From contig OZ024758.1 of the NCBI GenBank assembly GCA_964016885.1, positions 15,872,001 through 15,936,000 of the forward strand: a stretch of 64,000 nt of DNA. Direction: 5' to 3'. Position 1 is the stretch's first letter. Every line of letters starts with the position of its first letter. Source of the stretch: Eledone cirrhosa (Eukaryota). The notes under the pieces are model-generated. The model was given only the letters and a program-made list of their open reading frames with translations. It was not told the DNA's origin and ran no database searches. This document shows, in pieces, positions 11,233 through 23,933 of the stretch. Position numbers and translations under genes: made by a program.

Positions 11233-12365
11233 ACGAAGTTCGCACTGGCATCTATTCCAAATTATTTCATCCAGAGCAACTGATAACAGGAAAGGAGGAT
11301 GCTGCTAACAACTATGCCAGAGGACACTATACAATTGGTAAAGAAATTGTGGATTCAGTATTAGAAAGGATTCGCAAACTGTCTGACCAATGTAATGGTC
11401 TGCAAGGATTTTTGATCTTCCATAGCTTTGGGGGTGGCACAGGTAGTGGCTTTACTTCTTTATTAATGGAACGCCTCAGTGTAGATTATGGTAAGAAATC
11501 TAAATTAGAATTTTCTATTTACCCAGCTCCACAAATCGCTACTGCTGTTGTTGAGCCATATAACTCTATCCTGACAACCCATACTACACTGGAACATTCT
11601 GATTGTTCATTTATGGTTGATAACGAAGCCATTTATGACATATGTAGGCGTAATTTAGATATCGATCGCCCCAGTTATACCAATCTAAACCGGTTGATTG
11701 CTCAAGTGGTCAGCTCCATCACAGCTTCCTTACGGTTTGATGGAGCCCTTAATGTTGATTTAACTGAATTCCAAACCAACCTTGTACCTTATCCAAGAAT
11801 CCACTTCCCATTGGTAACTTATGCTCCAATCTTATCTGTTGAAAAAGCCAATCATGAACAATTGACAGTGTCAGAGATTACCAATTCCTGTTTTGAACCC
11901 GCCAACCAGATGGTTAAATGTGATCCACGTCATGGGAAGTACATGGCCTGTTGCATGTTGTACCGTGGAGATGTAGTACCAAAAGACGTCAATGCAGCTA
12001 TTGCTACAATTAAAACCAAAAGGTCGATACAGTTTGTTGATTGGTGTCCGACCGGATATAAAGTTGGGATCAACTATCAACCACCGACAGCAGTACCTGG
12101 TGGAGATTTAGCTAAAGTACCACGAGCTGTGTGCCTCTTAAGCAACACAACAGCCATTGCTGAAGCTTGGGCCAGACTAGATTTTAAGTTTGACCTCATG
12201 TATGCCAAACGTGCGTTTGTACATTGGTATGTTGGTGAGGGTATGGAAGAAGGTGAATTTTCAGAAGCACGAGAGGATCTGGCTTCTTTGGAAAAAGACT
12301 ATGAAGAAGTTGGATTTGATACAGAAGATATTTATCCCGAAGAAGACGAACTAGAAGAATATTAA
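11233..12365 (+). CDS. TUBA: Alpha-tubulin, last coding exon (DEVRTG...GGGTGSG...EEY*)
   Basis: Acceptor ttttcacag|AC is in phase with exon 2 (G|AC = Asp76). Contains [19 protein letters not shown] and C-terminal EEY. The spliced ORF is 452 aa including Met1. Confidence 0.97.
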
Positions 12366-12447
12366 ATAGAATTTTTTTCTCCTCTGCAGCATTATCATTG
12401 CATAAGATATTATTCCGTGTTATTAATTAATTAAAATCAAATTTGGG

Positions 12448-12453
12448 AATAAA
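12448..12453 (+). promoter_or_regulatory. Candidate polyadenylation signal of alpha-tubulin
   Basis: AATAAA about 80 nt after the stop codon. Confidence 0.5.
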
Positions 12454-12806
12454 TTCAGCTTTGAAAAATGTTAAATATTATGTGATATTCAAAACTAAGA
12501 GTAATAACGATGATAGCTTCATTTAAATCTTGCAAACAAATTATTATTATTATTATTATTTTTTATTTAATTTCTTCTAAGGGGCCTTTTTTTTTCCTGG
12601 CAAACATTAATGATCTCTGTTTTTTTAAGTTCAGAAATGAACGTTTTTTTGTTTTTTTTAATGCAGAAATTTACAACCAAATGCTCTTCCTAAACACCAC
12701 TTCATCTATGATGCTCTTCCTAAACACCACTTCATTTATGATGTTTGTCTTCTCCCCAGCCAGCTTTTACACACACACAAATAACACAAGCAGGCAGCTT
12801 TATTAT

Positions 12807-12921
12807 TTAACTTTTAGCGCGCTAGTAAATTCATATGAGTTGTTCCCTTGACGCTGCATTATCTAGTGAGGGGAGATTACTCTATGGTGCCCCGTGTTGC
12901 CGACAGTGCGTTAAAAGTTAA
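12807..12921. mobile_element. TTAA-bounded MITE (piggyBac-like)
   Basis: Ends TTAACTTTTAGCGCGCT and AGTGCGTTAAAAGTTAA. Related inverted copy at about 60430-60544. Confidence 0.55.
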
Positions 12922-15900
12922 AAAGAAAAAGAAAGTATAACGCAGTGATAAAATAGATTAAACAAACAATTTATACCTGTTTAATCTAACAAAAGATACA
13001 TATATTTTCAGAGAAATTATTTAATCAATGCTTAATTTTTTTTTTAAATTCCTTAATTTTATTTTAATTTTATTTTATTTTATTTTATGACAAATCAAAA
13101 AGGCTAAAAGCTGCTATAGTTGTAAAATAATTGAGATTCTATAACAGAATATCAATATTGATGATTGAGGTTATTATTGGAGTCTAACAACTTACTTGAT
13201 ATTGTAACATATGTCACCTGTGATCTATAAGCTACTTACATTTTATACATTTCCTTTTAAAATTATATATACACTAGAATTTTTGTTCAACATGTTAACG
13301 CATGTGTGTATGTGCATATGCATACATTTATATGTATGAGTATATAAATATAAACGTGCAAACACAGACACACTTACAAAAATACACACTCACAGACATT
13401 CACACAAATACACATACATTCTTACAAACACACATACATACATTTACACAGCGTAGAAAATGGAATGCCAGCCGCTGTTTTGCTATAATTTTTTCCCCCC
13501 CCATCTCCTTCCTTCCTTTTACACACACATACATTCACACAAAAACACACACATTGTGGGACGGACGGACAGAAGTCGCTCAAATTTATAAATATATATA
13601 TCAAGGAAAATATATACAGCTTAAGGTTTTTAAAAAAAATACAAACTTAGGGAGATGTTTAAAATCTAATCACTGATTTCTCCATTGCTATAATGTAACT
13701 TCTGTATAGTTTATTATTTATCAGATATGGCGGTTGATTAGCAGTATCGGTAAAGCGTCGGAAAACATGCTTCGGAGTATAGTGTTACGGCCCTTTACGT
13801 TCTGAGTTCAAATCCCGCCGAGGTTAGCTTTGCCTTTCATCCTTATGAGGTTGATAAAATAAGCACCAGTAACATACTGGGGTTCATTTAATTGACTTTC
13901 CCTTCCCTCCAAAATTGTTGGCCTTGTGCCTAAAACCTTTGTTTATCACTGGTGAAAACTCAGTATGATTTTATATGTTACAAGGAACGATACACACACA
14001 AAACTTATGTGATTTGACCTGTTATAAGGTTCATTATTGGTATATTATTGACTATGGCTTTGACCTGCTGTAAGATTAGGGATTGACTTGTCAAGCAGTA
14101 TGGTTTCATGTCTTATAGAATTTGTTATCCTCATGTCATCAAGTGATATAATAATTCAACATGTTATGGTTGTCATGCCAACAGTATGGATTTTCTTGTT
14201 ACGAGGTTTACTGAATAGTAAACTGATTTGGGTTGATGTTCTTATCAGATTGTTTGTTATATTGTTTGTTATTGGCATGGCAACAAAGTATAACATGGGA
14301 TGGCATGACATGTTACAGTGTTATTTAGTATGGCAACTTAGTATGGCTTGGTGTCTTACAACCAGCTTCCAGATTTAGGGCAAATGTGGCCTTGTGTTAG
14401 TTAAGTTATGAGGCCCCTTACTTGGGCCCTGAAGAAGGTTATAAATTTTTTTGACAGGAAGATGGGCCTTCCTCTGGCCAACGGGGCGGGCCCTGTGTTT
14501 AAGAGCACATTAGCACAATGGTAAATCTGGCACTGCTTACAACTAGTATAATTCTATAGGATTTATGACATAGTATGTTTTGTTTGTGATGGTACCTCAT
14601 ATCATTCATATAACATGATTTATTACCAAGTTCTTATTGAGGTGTGAACCGATATTGTTCTAATATTGAATACAGGCCAACGACTTGTTTGAATATAATG
14701 TTTTCTTTATTAATAATAACGAACATTATTAACAAATTAATTAACTTATTTATTTATTCATTTATTTATGTATCTATTTATTTATAAGTAACAATGCAAC
14801 ACTAATATTAACAGATTAATATGAATGTATATGCTGTTTTGCTACACTTACTCTAGTTCTGCTAAAGTACAAGGATTATATGTTTAAACAAATTATCAAG
14901 CCTAGTGTATGTCGACCATTTTGACTTATTCAAATCAATGTCTAATTTGTCTATAAATTGATAAAGCTGTTTAATTTCATTTCAATTTTCAAAAAATTAC
15001 AAAATAAAAATGCTTCCAAGGAAATTATTTCCATAAAAGAATAAAACATAAATGTGAAATAAATGTTTTTTTTTAAACACTATAAAAGATGTTTTTGTTT
15101 CATTTCAATTTTTCTATTATCAAAAAAAAAAAAAAAAATTGCCGTAAGGTTTTAAACAGAAGAAAGGGAAGGGAAAGGAACTGATTCCTCCGCAAGATCG
15201 GAACATTGGCAGCAACCTATCTGAGCAAGGATCCCCAAGAAGTTGGGTGACTGTTGCAACGGGTCTCGGTGGCCATAGTCCACGGGAATGCTTTTGAGGT
15301 CTTGTCCCCCCTTCACCCTCCTCATTCTTCTGTGACAGTAGAACCCTTGCTTTATCCATTCCTTTTCCAGGTTTTTCTTTATATTTTCTTATTTTACATT
15401 CCGTTCTTTCTTCTCAATCTAAAATTTTTTTCTTTCTTTTTCTATTAAATTGTTTTTACTAAGATGGAAAAGAAAGGGAAAAAATGTAGTTTGCTTGAAG
15501 CATTGCATATAATATATAATTGTTTCTACTTTTGGCACAAGGCCAGCAATTATCCCAGTATATTACTGGTACTTTATTTGCAACAAGCAATAAACTTTAA
15601 GTTATTGTTATATGTTCTGTTTGTTAACAGCAGGACATAAAGTAAATGGCGACCATTTAACTGAACTGCAATTAATAGCAGATAAAGTCTGAGGTTATCA
15701 AAGCATGTTAGTACATGTAAAATATCATGGGAATTTATAATAAACTGTAAATGTGGTTGGCATTAGGAAGAGCATCCAGCTGTAGAAACCAAGCGAAAAT
15801 CAGTTCTGTGTGAGCGAAACACGGTCCTCCAACTTGATCTCTCACAAAGACAGCCAGTCCTACTCATGCTAGTGTGGAAAATGGACATTAAACGATGATG

Positions 15901-15936
15901 ATGATGATGATGATGAATACCACGTGAATATGGAAT

Positions 15937-16322
15937 TTAGTGGTTAGAGCATTGAGCTTGCAAACGAAAGGTTGTGAGTTCAATTCCCAGATCGGGTGAT
16001 GTGTTGTTTCCTTGAGCAAGACACTTTATTTCACATTGCTCCAGTTTACTCAGCTGTAGAAATGAGATGATAGGGACTGGGGTCCATATCATTCCACTGC
16101 AAAGTGGTCGTGGAGGTGCCACGGCAAAAAAGCAGCCAGCACTCGCTGTAAATGAGGTTGGTGTTAGGAAGGGCATCCAGCTGTAGAAATCAAGCCAGAA
16201 TCAGTTCCCGTATGAGCAAGACAAGGTCAGCCGACCGGACACTGCCCACAACAGGACAACCCGTCTAACCCATGCTAGCATTGAAGAACAGACATAAAAC
16301 AGTGATGATGATGATAATGATG
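15937..16322 (+). mobile_element. tRNA-derived SINE with CORE/Meta-like segments and (GAT)n tail (representative)
   Basis: TAGTGGTTAGAGC...GAGTTCAATTC, CCTTGAGCAAGACACTT, GGAAGGGCATCCAGCTGTAGAAA and (GAT)n. Copies at about 30785-31105, 39950-40390, 46298-46630, 53063-53406 and 61600-61880. Confidence 0.85.
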
Positions 16323-16767
16323 AACAGTACTCGCTGTAAATGAGGTTGGCATTAGGAAGGGCATCCAGTTCTGTAGAAAGCAACCTAAAATCAGTTCTGT
16401 ATGTGCAAGACATGGTCACCTGACCTAGCATTGCCCACAACAGGACAACTCGTCTAACCCATGCTAGCGTGGAAAAATTGACTTAAAATGTTGATGATGA
16501 TAATGATGAACAACAAGAACAACAAGCGTTTTAAGACCATTACTCCCAACAAACCAAGAGTTAGCATTGCAGGTCCAAAGACAGGTTTTCTATGCATCAT
16601 GAGATCATTTTTGAGACAATATTTTATGACTGGATGCCCATCCTCATGACAACTCTTTTAGTCACCTCTTATGACGTGCGGAGAGTATGTTCTCTTTCTC
16701 TTCCTTACATGAAAATAGAGAAAAAAAAAATATTGACCAGAATGTGTGGAGAGGTGATGCCTCTAAA

Positions 16768-17078
16768 CCAGGGGTGTGCAACATATTCCATTGGCAGGCC
16801 ACTTTTTGAATATTGGAACAACTATTAGGGCCATTAATATTTATTAAGCAATGTTCCAAAGATTCACCACAACTTCTTTCCATAACATGGAACTGGGAAA
16901 TTATAACACACATAACCCTATTAGTGAAGCCCTTTAGTATAGGTCAACTAACAGAAAATTGTGTTACGGTTATGAAAAATATTTTAAATAAGCCTACAAG
17001 GTAAGAATTAAAAACAGTCATCGCGGGCTGGTCTGGCGGGCCAGATTGTGGCCCACAGGCCACCCGTTGCACACCCTT
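16768..17078. mobile_element. hAT-like MITE
   Basis: TIRs CAGGGGTGTGCAAC / GTTGCACACCCTTG. Confidence 0.65.
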
Positions 17079-18151
17079 GCTCTAAGCCATGTCTACATGG
17101 AATCTCCACTCCTACCCACACTTTAAATATATACTACCATCACCACCACCAACACTACTACAACTATTACTACATTCATCCAGTTCTTTGTGGTGGCAGG
17201 ATAACAAACCTTTTTGCCTCTCATACGATTCAACATTAACTGCTTTAGTTCTTCACTGGATAATTCTGTATTTTTCTTAGTGATTCTCTTTAATGTCTTT
17301 CACATTAGGGGACTCCTATAGTAAAAGTTTTGTAGCAGGTTTGATTCCTCTTGTGAACACACAAAGAGATACCCACCCAAATATATTCTCCAATCAGACA
17401 AAGACAACCTAGTCTTCCTCAACAGCAAACAAACAAAAAACACGGTAGATTTCAAGGAAACAATATTCTACCCAGTGCCAGATTTACAATTGTGCTTAGG
17501 TGTCTTTAAGGGCCCCGTTGGCCAGGGGGCCTCATCTTGCTGCCAAAAAAATGTTTAACTCTTTCAGGGCCCAAGTAAGGGGCCTCATAACTTAACTAGC
17601 ACAGGGCCTCATTAACTTAACTAGCACAGGGCCTCATTGGTCCTAAATCTGTTACTGATTGTACCCCATCTACTGTAATTTTGTACAAGACACAATTAAA
17701 ACCACCAAGGTCACTATAAATATAATATCCTCCCAGTGCTGGGGGCCCTGTGCTAGTTAAGTTATGAGGCCCCTTGCTTGGGCCCTGAAGGCGGTAAAAC
17801 CATTTTTTGGCAGGAAGATGCCCCCCCACACACACACACACCTGGCAAACGGGGTCCTGTGCTTAAGCACATCTAAACACAATGGTAAATTCACCAGTCT
17901 CCTCCTTAATTACACACTACACCACAACAAGGAATGTTGCCCTCTAAACATGTTGAGGCAACCTAAAATACTCGCGATATTACTGCAGCTAGTCTTACTA
18001 AAGAACCAAGTAGGAGATGATGCTCACGAGGGTGCTTGGCTATTCCAGTGTCCCAGACTCGCTATCATTCGCGGTAATGCCGTGAGTAAAATGAAAGTGT
18101 CAGCCAAATACTGACGTGCATTAAATCAACTATAGCACCAAATAAAAAAAA

Positions 18152-18188
<37 letters not shown>

Positions 18189-18911
18189 AAGAGAAATCGC
18201 GACCTTGTGTCTGACATTGTTAGAAATCTTCTAATTCCATTATTTGATGTCATAATTGTTTCTACTTTAGGCACAAGGCCAATAATTTGAAGGGAAGCGG
18301 AAAGTCGATTAAATCGACCCCAGCGCCTTTATTTAATCCAATCCAGGGCCTTTTCACTCCTACTGGAGGAACCCCTCCTTGATTGACCTCCACCGTTTTC
18401 TGTTAGGTTTTGGTCATATCAGGGGGGTAGTCGTTCGTACCCGCCACATTTGGACAGGGTCGGTGAGGCTATTTAACCCATAGCTGGGTAAACTCATTTC
18501 TATAGCTGAGTGAACTGGAGCAACGTGGAATAAAGTGTTTTGCTCATGAACACCAACGCAAACCCCGGTCCGAGAATCGAACTCATAGTGCGTTACTGGT
18601 GCTTTATATTATCGACTACGTAAAGATGAAAGGCAAAGCTAACCTCGGCGGGATTTGATTTCATACTAAGCCCGTGTTAGCTGTTAGTAAGGAAAAAAAT
18701 CACAGACACTTTGTATACAGCCACTTAAAAATATCACAATGATTGACCTGGTTAGCACTTATCGGAATATATATATATGTAATTATATATATATTTCTTT
18801 TATTTTTACTCTGCTGTTATTTTATAAACACAGTGTATTGCGTTAAGTTGATAGCAGAGAGGCCAAACTGCAGAGACTATATCAGCTGATAGGGGTCGCT
18901 ATAATATAACT

Positions 18912-19035
18912 ATGGCGGCATCGCCTGACCCAGCATTTACAGTCTTCGACAGTCCCCTCTCACAGCTTGATTCGGACGGTAGGAGAAGGTGTACATCAAG
19001 ACTAAGTACCCTAAGTAACTGCTCAAATACTTCAG
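18912..19035 (+). CDS. Candidate first coding exon of TPC1 (MAASPDPAFTVFDSPLSQLDSDG...)
   Basis: Non-repetitive ORF start ACTATGGCG. Phase-1 donors at 18979 and 19036 (CAG|gtacgc) match the phase-1 acceptor at 36023. No homology support. Confidence 0.45.
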
Positions 19036-20032
19036 GTACGCCTGCTTTATTACTTTTTTTTTGTTTTTGGTGGCGCGGTGGGTCATTTAAGTTAAACACC
19101 AGAGCAACATTTTATTTCGTTTTGATTCATTTTCACTTATGTATTTACTTCAACACTTTACCTATTTTTCTAAGAGTTTATCTTCTTCTCCTCTCCTCTT
19201 TCTCTCTCATACATACACACATGTAAATGTAGGTATATATATTTTTCATAAATTATTACGAAAAACACCAACATAATCTTTATCGTTGCTAAAATAATTT
19301 CAATACAAAGATTACTATTTTTTTTTTAGTCACGATTTGCTTTTTATTCGGGCATGTTATCGTTGTGTAGTAGGCAGAGCTATCGATTATATAAACACAC
19401 TCACACCAATTTATATACATCAATAAGATTTCACATAAATATGTCAGTAAGCTAAACAGATTATAATATACAGCTTTAGTTTTTGTAGCCATCTCGCTTG
19501 TACTGAATCGCCTTGATCAAAGTGATAAAGTACAACAGGTAAGATACAATTAACAGTCAATCAGTCATATATATATACATACACACACACACACAGTGAC
19601 ATTCCGTTATAACGAAATTCACGGGATATAAAAAAAAAATTCGTTGTAACGAAAAATTCTTTATAACGACATCGACCTAACATAATTAGCGCCGTGACCT
19701 GGGATTGAAAAAATGTCGTTATACTGAAAAATATTCGTTATAACGGAATTTTACCTATACACAAACACACACACACATATATATATATACACACACACAC
19801 ACATCGGTTATATTATCACCTTTCACTACAATATGTTCATGTCAGATTTCATTGTTTGATACAAAATAACTCTCTTATCTCTCATACAAACTTGGTTTAA
19901 AGGGAGGCCGTGTTATTGACATGTAGAATAATAATTTATTCTGCAACTAACCCAGGCTCCGTTGCACTTCGGGCCGAGGAGGGTAAACTCTCCAAATATC
20001 GGTCGCTCTCCGACATGTTTGCGGTAGGAGCT

Positions 20033-20760
20033 CGTAGCAGTGGAGACTTCTGGTATCCTTGTCTCTAGAACCACCTCCCTACTCACCACCATGGCACGGA
20101 GTTGGTTTCCTGTAGCAGTGGAGACTTCTGGTGTCCTTAGCCCTAGGGCCACCTCCCTACTCACCACCATGGCACGGAGTTGGTTACCTGTAGCAGTGGA
20201 GACTTCTGGTGTCCTTAGCCCTAGGGCCACCTCCCTACTCACCACCATGGCACGGAGTTGGTTACCTGTAGCAGTGGAGACTTCTGGTGTCCTTAGCCCT
20301 AGGGCCACCTCCCTACTCACCACCATGGCACGGAGTTGGTTACCTGTAGCAGTGGAGACTTCTGGTGTCCTTAGCCCTAGGGCCACCTCCCTACTCACCA
20401 CCATCGGCACGGAGTTGGTTACCTGTAGCAGTGGAGACTTCTGGTGTCCTTAGCCCTAGGGCCACCTCCCTACTCACCACCATGGCACGGAGTTGGTTAC
20501 CTGTAGCAGTGGAGACTTCTGGTGTCCTTAGCCCTAGGGCCACCTCCCTACTCACCACCATCGGCACGGAGTTGGTTACCTGTAGCAGTGGAGACTTCTG
20601 GTGTCCTTAGCCCTAGGGCCACCTCCCTACCTCTACTCACCACCATCGGCACAGGGTTGGCTACCCGCAGTTGTGAGCCTCGCGAGCTGGAATGGCTCTA
20701 CCAGCGCGTCTCCCTCACCATCCTCCGGGGAAACGTCTTCTCTATTCTGTCAACCGGGCC
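20033..20760 (+). repeat. 78/79-bp tandem array (~8 units) derived from the 3' end of a CRE-like RLE non-LTR retrotransposon
   Basis: Unit encodes PVAVETSGVLSPRATSLLTT. The last unit runs into EPRELEWLYQRVSLTILRGNVFSIL. Single-copy relatives at about 15200-15310, 18010-18085 and 50520-50690. Confidence 0.8.
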
Positions 20761-21590
20761 GCAGGGACGCCAGTGCGTGAGCCCCCATTTGATCATAATA
20801 GTGAGAGATGGAGAGACGGAGGCAGTGACGATGGGAGTTTGGTTCTTTTGTGTTCGGACCTGGTGTATATATACATGTTTCACGGACACACAACCATACT
20901 CTACTGCCCCAAATATCGAGTACTCTTTGAGTAATGGTCTAACCAGTTTAACAACTATAAATGTATTATTTCATTGGTGCAAAATCAGTGTTCGATCAAA
21001 TTCCCCGTCTCATTACATACTAAGGGGGGAATATAACATGTTTCAAGTTAAATAAAACACACACACACAACACTTATAATTACATGCTACAACAGGGAAT
21101 AAATTTTGAAGCAAGCCAAGATGCTCACAGTATGGCCTTACTACAAGGATAAGGAGCTGGAATCAGGGCCTCCAAGAGAAATTTTGCAAGGCCGTACAAG
21201 ACTCCTTTGGGGCCCGAAGCAGGGAAATAATTTTCTCAAAATGGATATTACATGGTTTCTGTGGAACCTTCTTAGCTCTTGGGCCCCAGAACAAAGTACC
21301 CACTTGAACCACCGTCCTCTCATAGGCCCTGGCTGGAATAGCCAAGCACTCTCACGAACATCACCTGATATTTCAGTAAGGCGAGCCACCAACGATGACA
21401 GACACCTCGATGTCAGGGGTCCATCTCCCCCGAACATCTCGAATAAAACAAGCTGAAAAACATAGTTGACCGATAATTCTTAGTATTTTAGTAGTTTATA
21501 GTCTGTTTGGCTACGGATGCAGTGAGCCCCCCCCCTCCCTTCTCAATCATCTTCGCCGCAGCATCCAAGATGTGAGAAGCGACGAAAAAG

Positions 21591-21770
21591 CAGACCTGTC
21601 AACTCTCCCCGTCCGACGGGGAGAGCTCCCACCCACTTTGGGTGGGTGGGTGAGAGATGTCTTCTCTTGTGAAAATGTAAAGTCTCCCCATTCTGCCTCA
21701 TTTCTCCCCGTTTTGGGGCACTTTTTTTCATGGTTCTCCCCGTTTGGGTTTTTAGAGGTTGGCAAGTCTG
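21591..21770. mobile_element. Non-autonomous DNA transposon (MITE)
   Basis: Imperfect TIRs CAGACCTGTCAACTCT / AGAGGTTGGCAAGTCTG. Related to 6562-6736. Confidence 0.6.
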
Positions 21771-22384
21771 AAAGAGTCACTGACTGTGGGGTCCCATATA
21801 AAAAGCCTCTACCTCTAACCCGTAGACACATGACCGAAATGGTTAGGAAGTTCGTTTCGCAATCATTTGGTCCCGGATTCGATACTATTGCATGACATCC
21901 TGGACAAATTTCATTTACCGTAGCCTCGAGTCAACCCAGGCCTTGTCAATGAAACCGGGTAGACGGAAATTGCTTGCAAGGCTCGTCGGATGGACTGTGT
22001 CTGTAATTTAAAGGGACAGCCTTGTCACACACCGTCATGTTGAGTCTCCCTGAGATTTACATTTAGGGTGCACGTGTCTGTGGAATGCTCAGCCACTTAC
22101 TCGCTAGCGTCATTAGCAGGCTGTTCAGTTGATCGAACAATTGGAACAGTCATCGTTGAAAATACGGAGGTCCATTCAACCTCCTAACTCCCAAAAGCAA
22201 AGGTTAACTTCATTGGGCCTTGCGACATTCCAACTGGTTCCAGTTAAAATAAGATAAATATTCAAATATATTGTTATTAAGTACTGCAACAATATACAAT
22301 AGCTATAAAGTGATTTAACATATTTTATTCCACACCTCAAATTCAGCATCTTAAACTATGTCAAAATAAAAAAAATAAAAAAAT

Positions 22385-22692
22385 ACAGTGGAACCTCGGC
22401 TCACGAACGCCTCTCAGCACAAACAATTTTGTCCATACATAATATGTCTCGCTTCACGAACACAGCAAGCCGGTAACAACGGTTGGCAACAAGCTTGGAG
22501 TATTGACGGGAAAGCGTCACTTGCTATGTAGTTAGTTACTACGGTGATATCTATCTTTCTTTCACACAGTCTCTCTCTTTCTCTTTCTCTCACAACATTT
22601 CGTATGGGAAAAATAGTTTCAGTTTTAAGATATTTCGGGTGACGAACAACCCCCAGGAACGAATTAAGTTCGTAAACCTAGATTCTACTGTA
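22385..22692. mobile_element. pogo/Tigger-type MITE
   Basis: TA-CAGTGGAACCTCGG...ACGAAC and GTTCGTAAACCTAGATTCTACTG-TA. Similar element types at 19594-19757 and 61930-62242. Confidence 0.6.
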
Positions 22693-23877
22693 TTGCGTTT
22701 GCTATGAAAATAAATTGATAACGAGTCGATAATAATGTATTCATTAGAGTTTTGATAACTGAAATTTAATTGTAAAATACTTAAATATATTTTGATAAAG
22801 CATTGTACGGATTTTCTGTCATGTGTTGTGAGATAGTGTTCCAGTCGTTTCCATCTTATCTTTTTTGGAAGTGTGCCCCCCTCCCCCATGTATACACACT
22901 TTTATTAGTTGAAGTGTGTATACATTTTTGGGGGGATACCCTGTATATAATGTGACCTTTGGGAACATAATAGTGTTCTTTGAGAATATTTTAGCTGCTA
23001 TCTCTAGTCGGTAAAGCGACCATATAGAGGCGCCTTGTTAGTTAAGGTCTTTTACTTTCTGAGTTTAGATACAACTAGGATCGAGTTTATCCACCATTCT
23101 TCCAGGAGTCGATAATATAAAGGCACCAAACATTACATGGGGTTGACTATATTGGCTACATCTACTCCTTTTTTTAAGTTAATAATAGAGTTTTATTATT
23201 CACATTTATATAAATAATATTACAAATAATAATTTATATAAATAATATTACAAATAAAATAAAAAGTTTTGCAATGATGGAAATATGAAGAAGGAACGGG
23301 TGGAGAATTCGGCGGGCTAGCAGAAATTTTATTTGTCTAGTTCGTTATATTTATATATATATTATATATTTCTGGCATGACCCTCAACATGACCCGCCCC
23401 AAATATAACAAAGATATATATTATTGGAACTGATAAAAGTTTAAGCAAGCAGTTTGGTTATACTTTTAATATTTACTTTACGAGTTTATATAAACTTATA
23501 TATGTATATATATTCCACCTGTGTACATATTCTTCTATAGAATATGTATTTGGTATATATATAATATACGGTGTTTCTTAGACGATATATGATTCTTTCT
23601 CTATTTATATATACATAATATATCTTTTTCATTTGATTATTATGGCTCTAGATACAGTCTATTGAGCTTGCTTATTGAGAAACACAAAATTCTAAACATA
23701 TTTGATATGTTTTGAATCATTATACACACACACACACACACATATATATATGTAGGAGGTGAGTTTTATTGTAGTACAATAAAGCAATGCAGATATCGGA
23801 TAAAAAGCACTCTACAATTTGTAGGACTGGAGTATACATAATATATAAGATCAAAAGATGGTTAACCATCTTTTGAT

Positions 23878-23933
<56 letters not shown>

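Noticed and set aside
20033-20650. CRISPR-like appearance of regular repeats (also 36401-37992 and 54789-55115)
   Set aside because: The units are contiguous with no unique spacers, there are no cas genes, and the context is eukaryotic.
23425-23480. CTGATAA-AAGTTTAA...TTATACTT-TTAAT as a decayed + strand hammerhead
   Set aside because: Both core segments are mutated and there is no stem I, so it is too degenerate to support.
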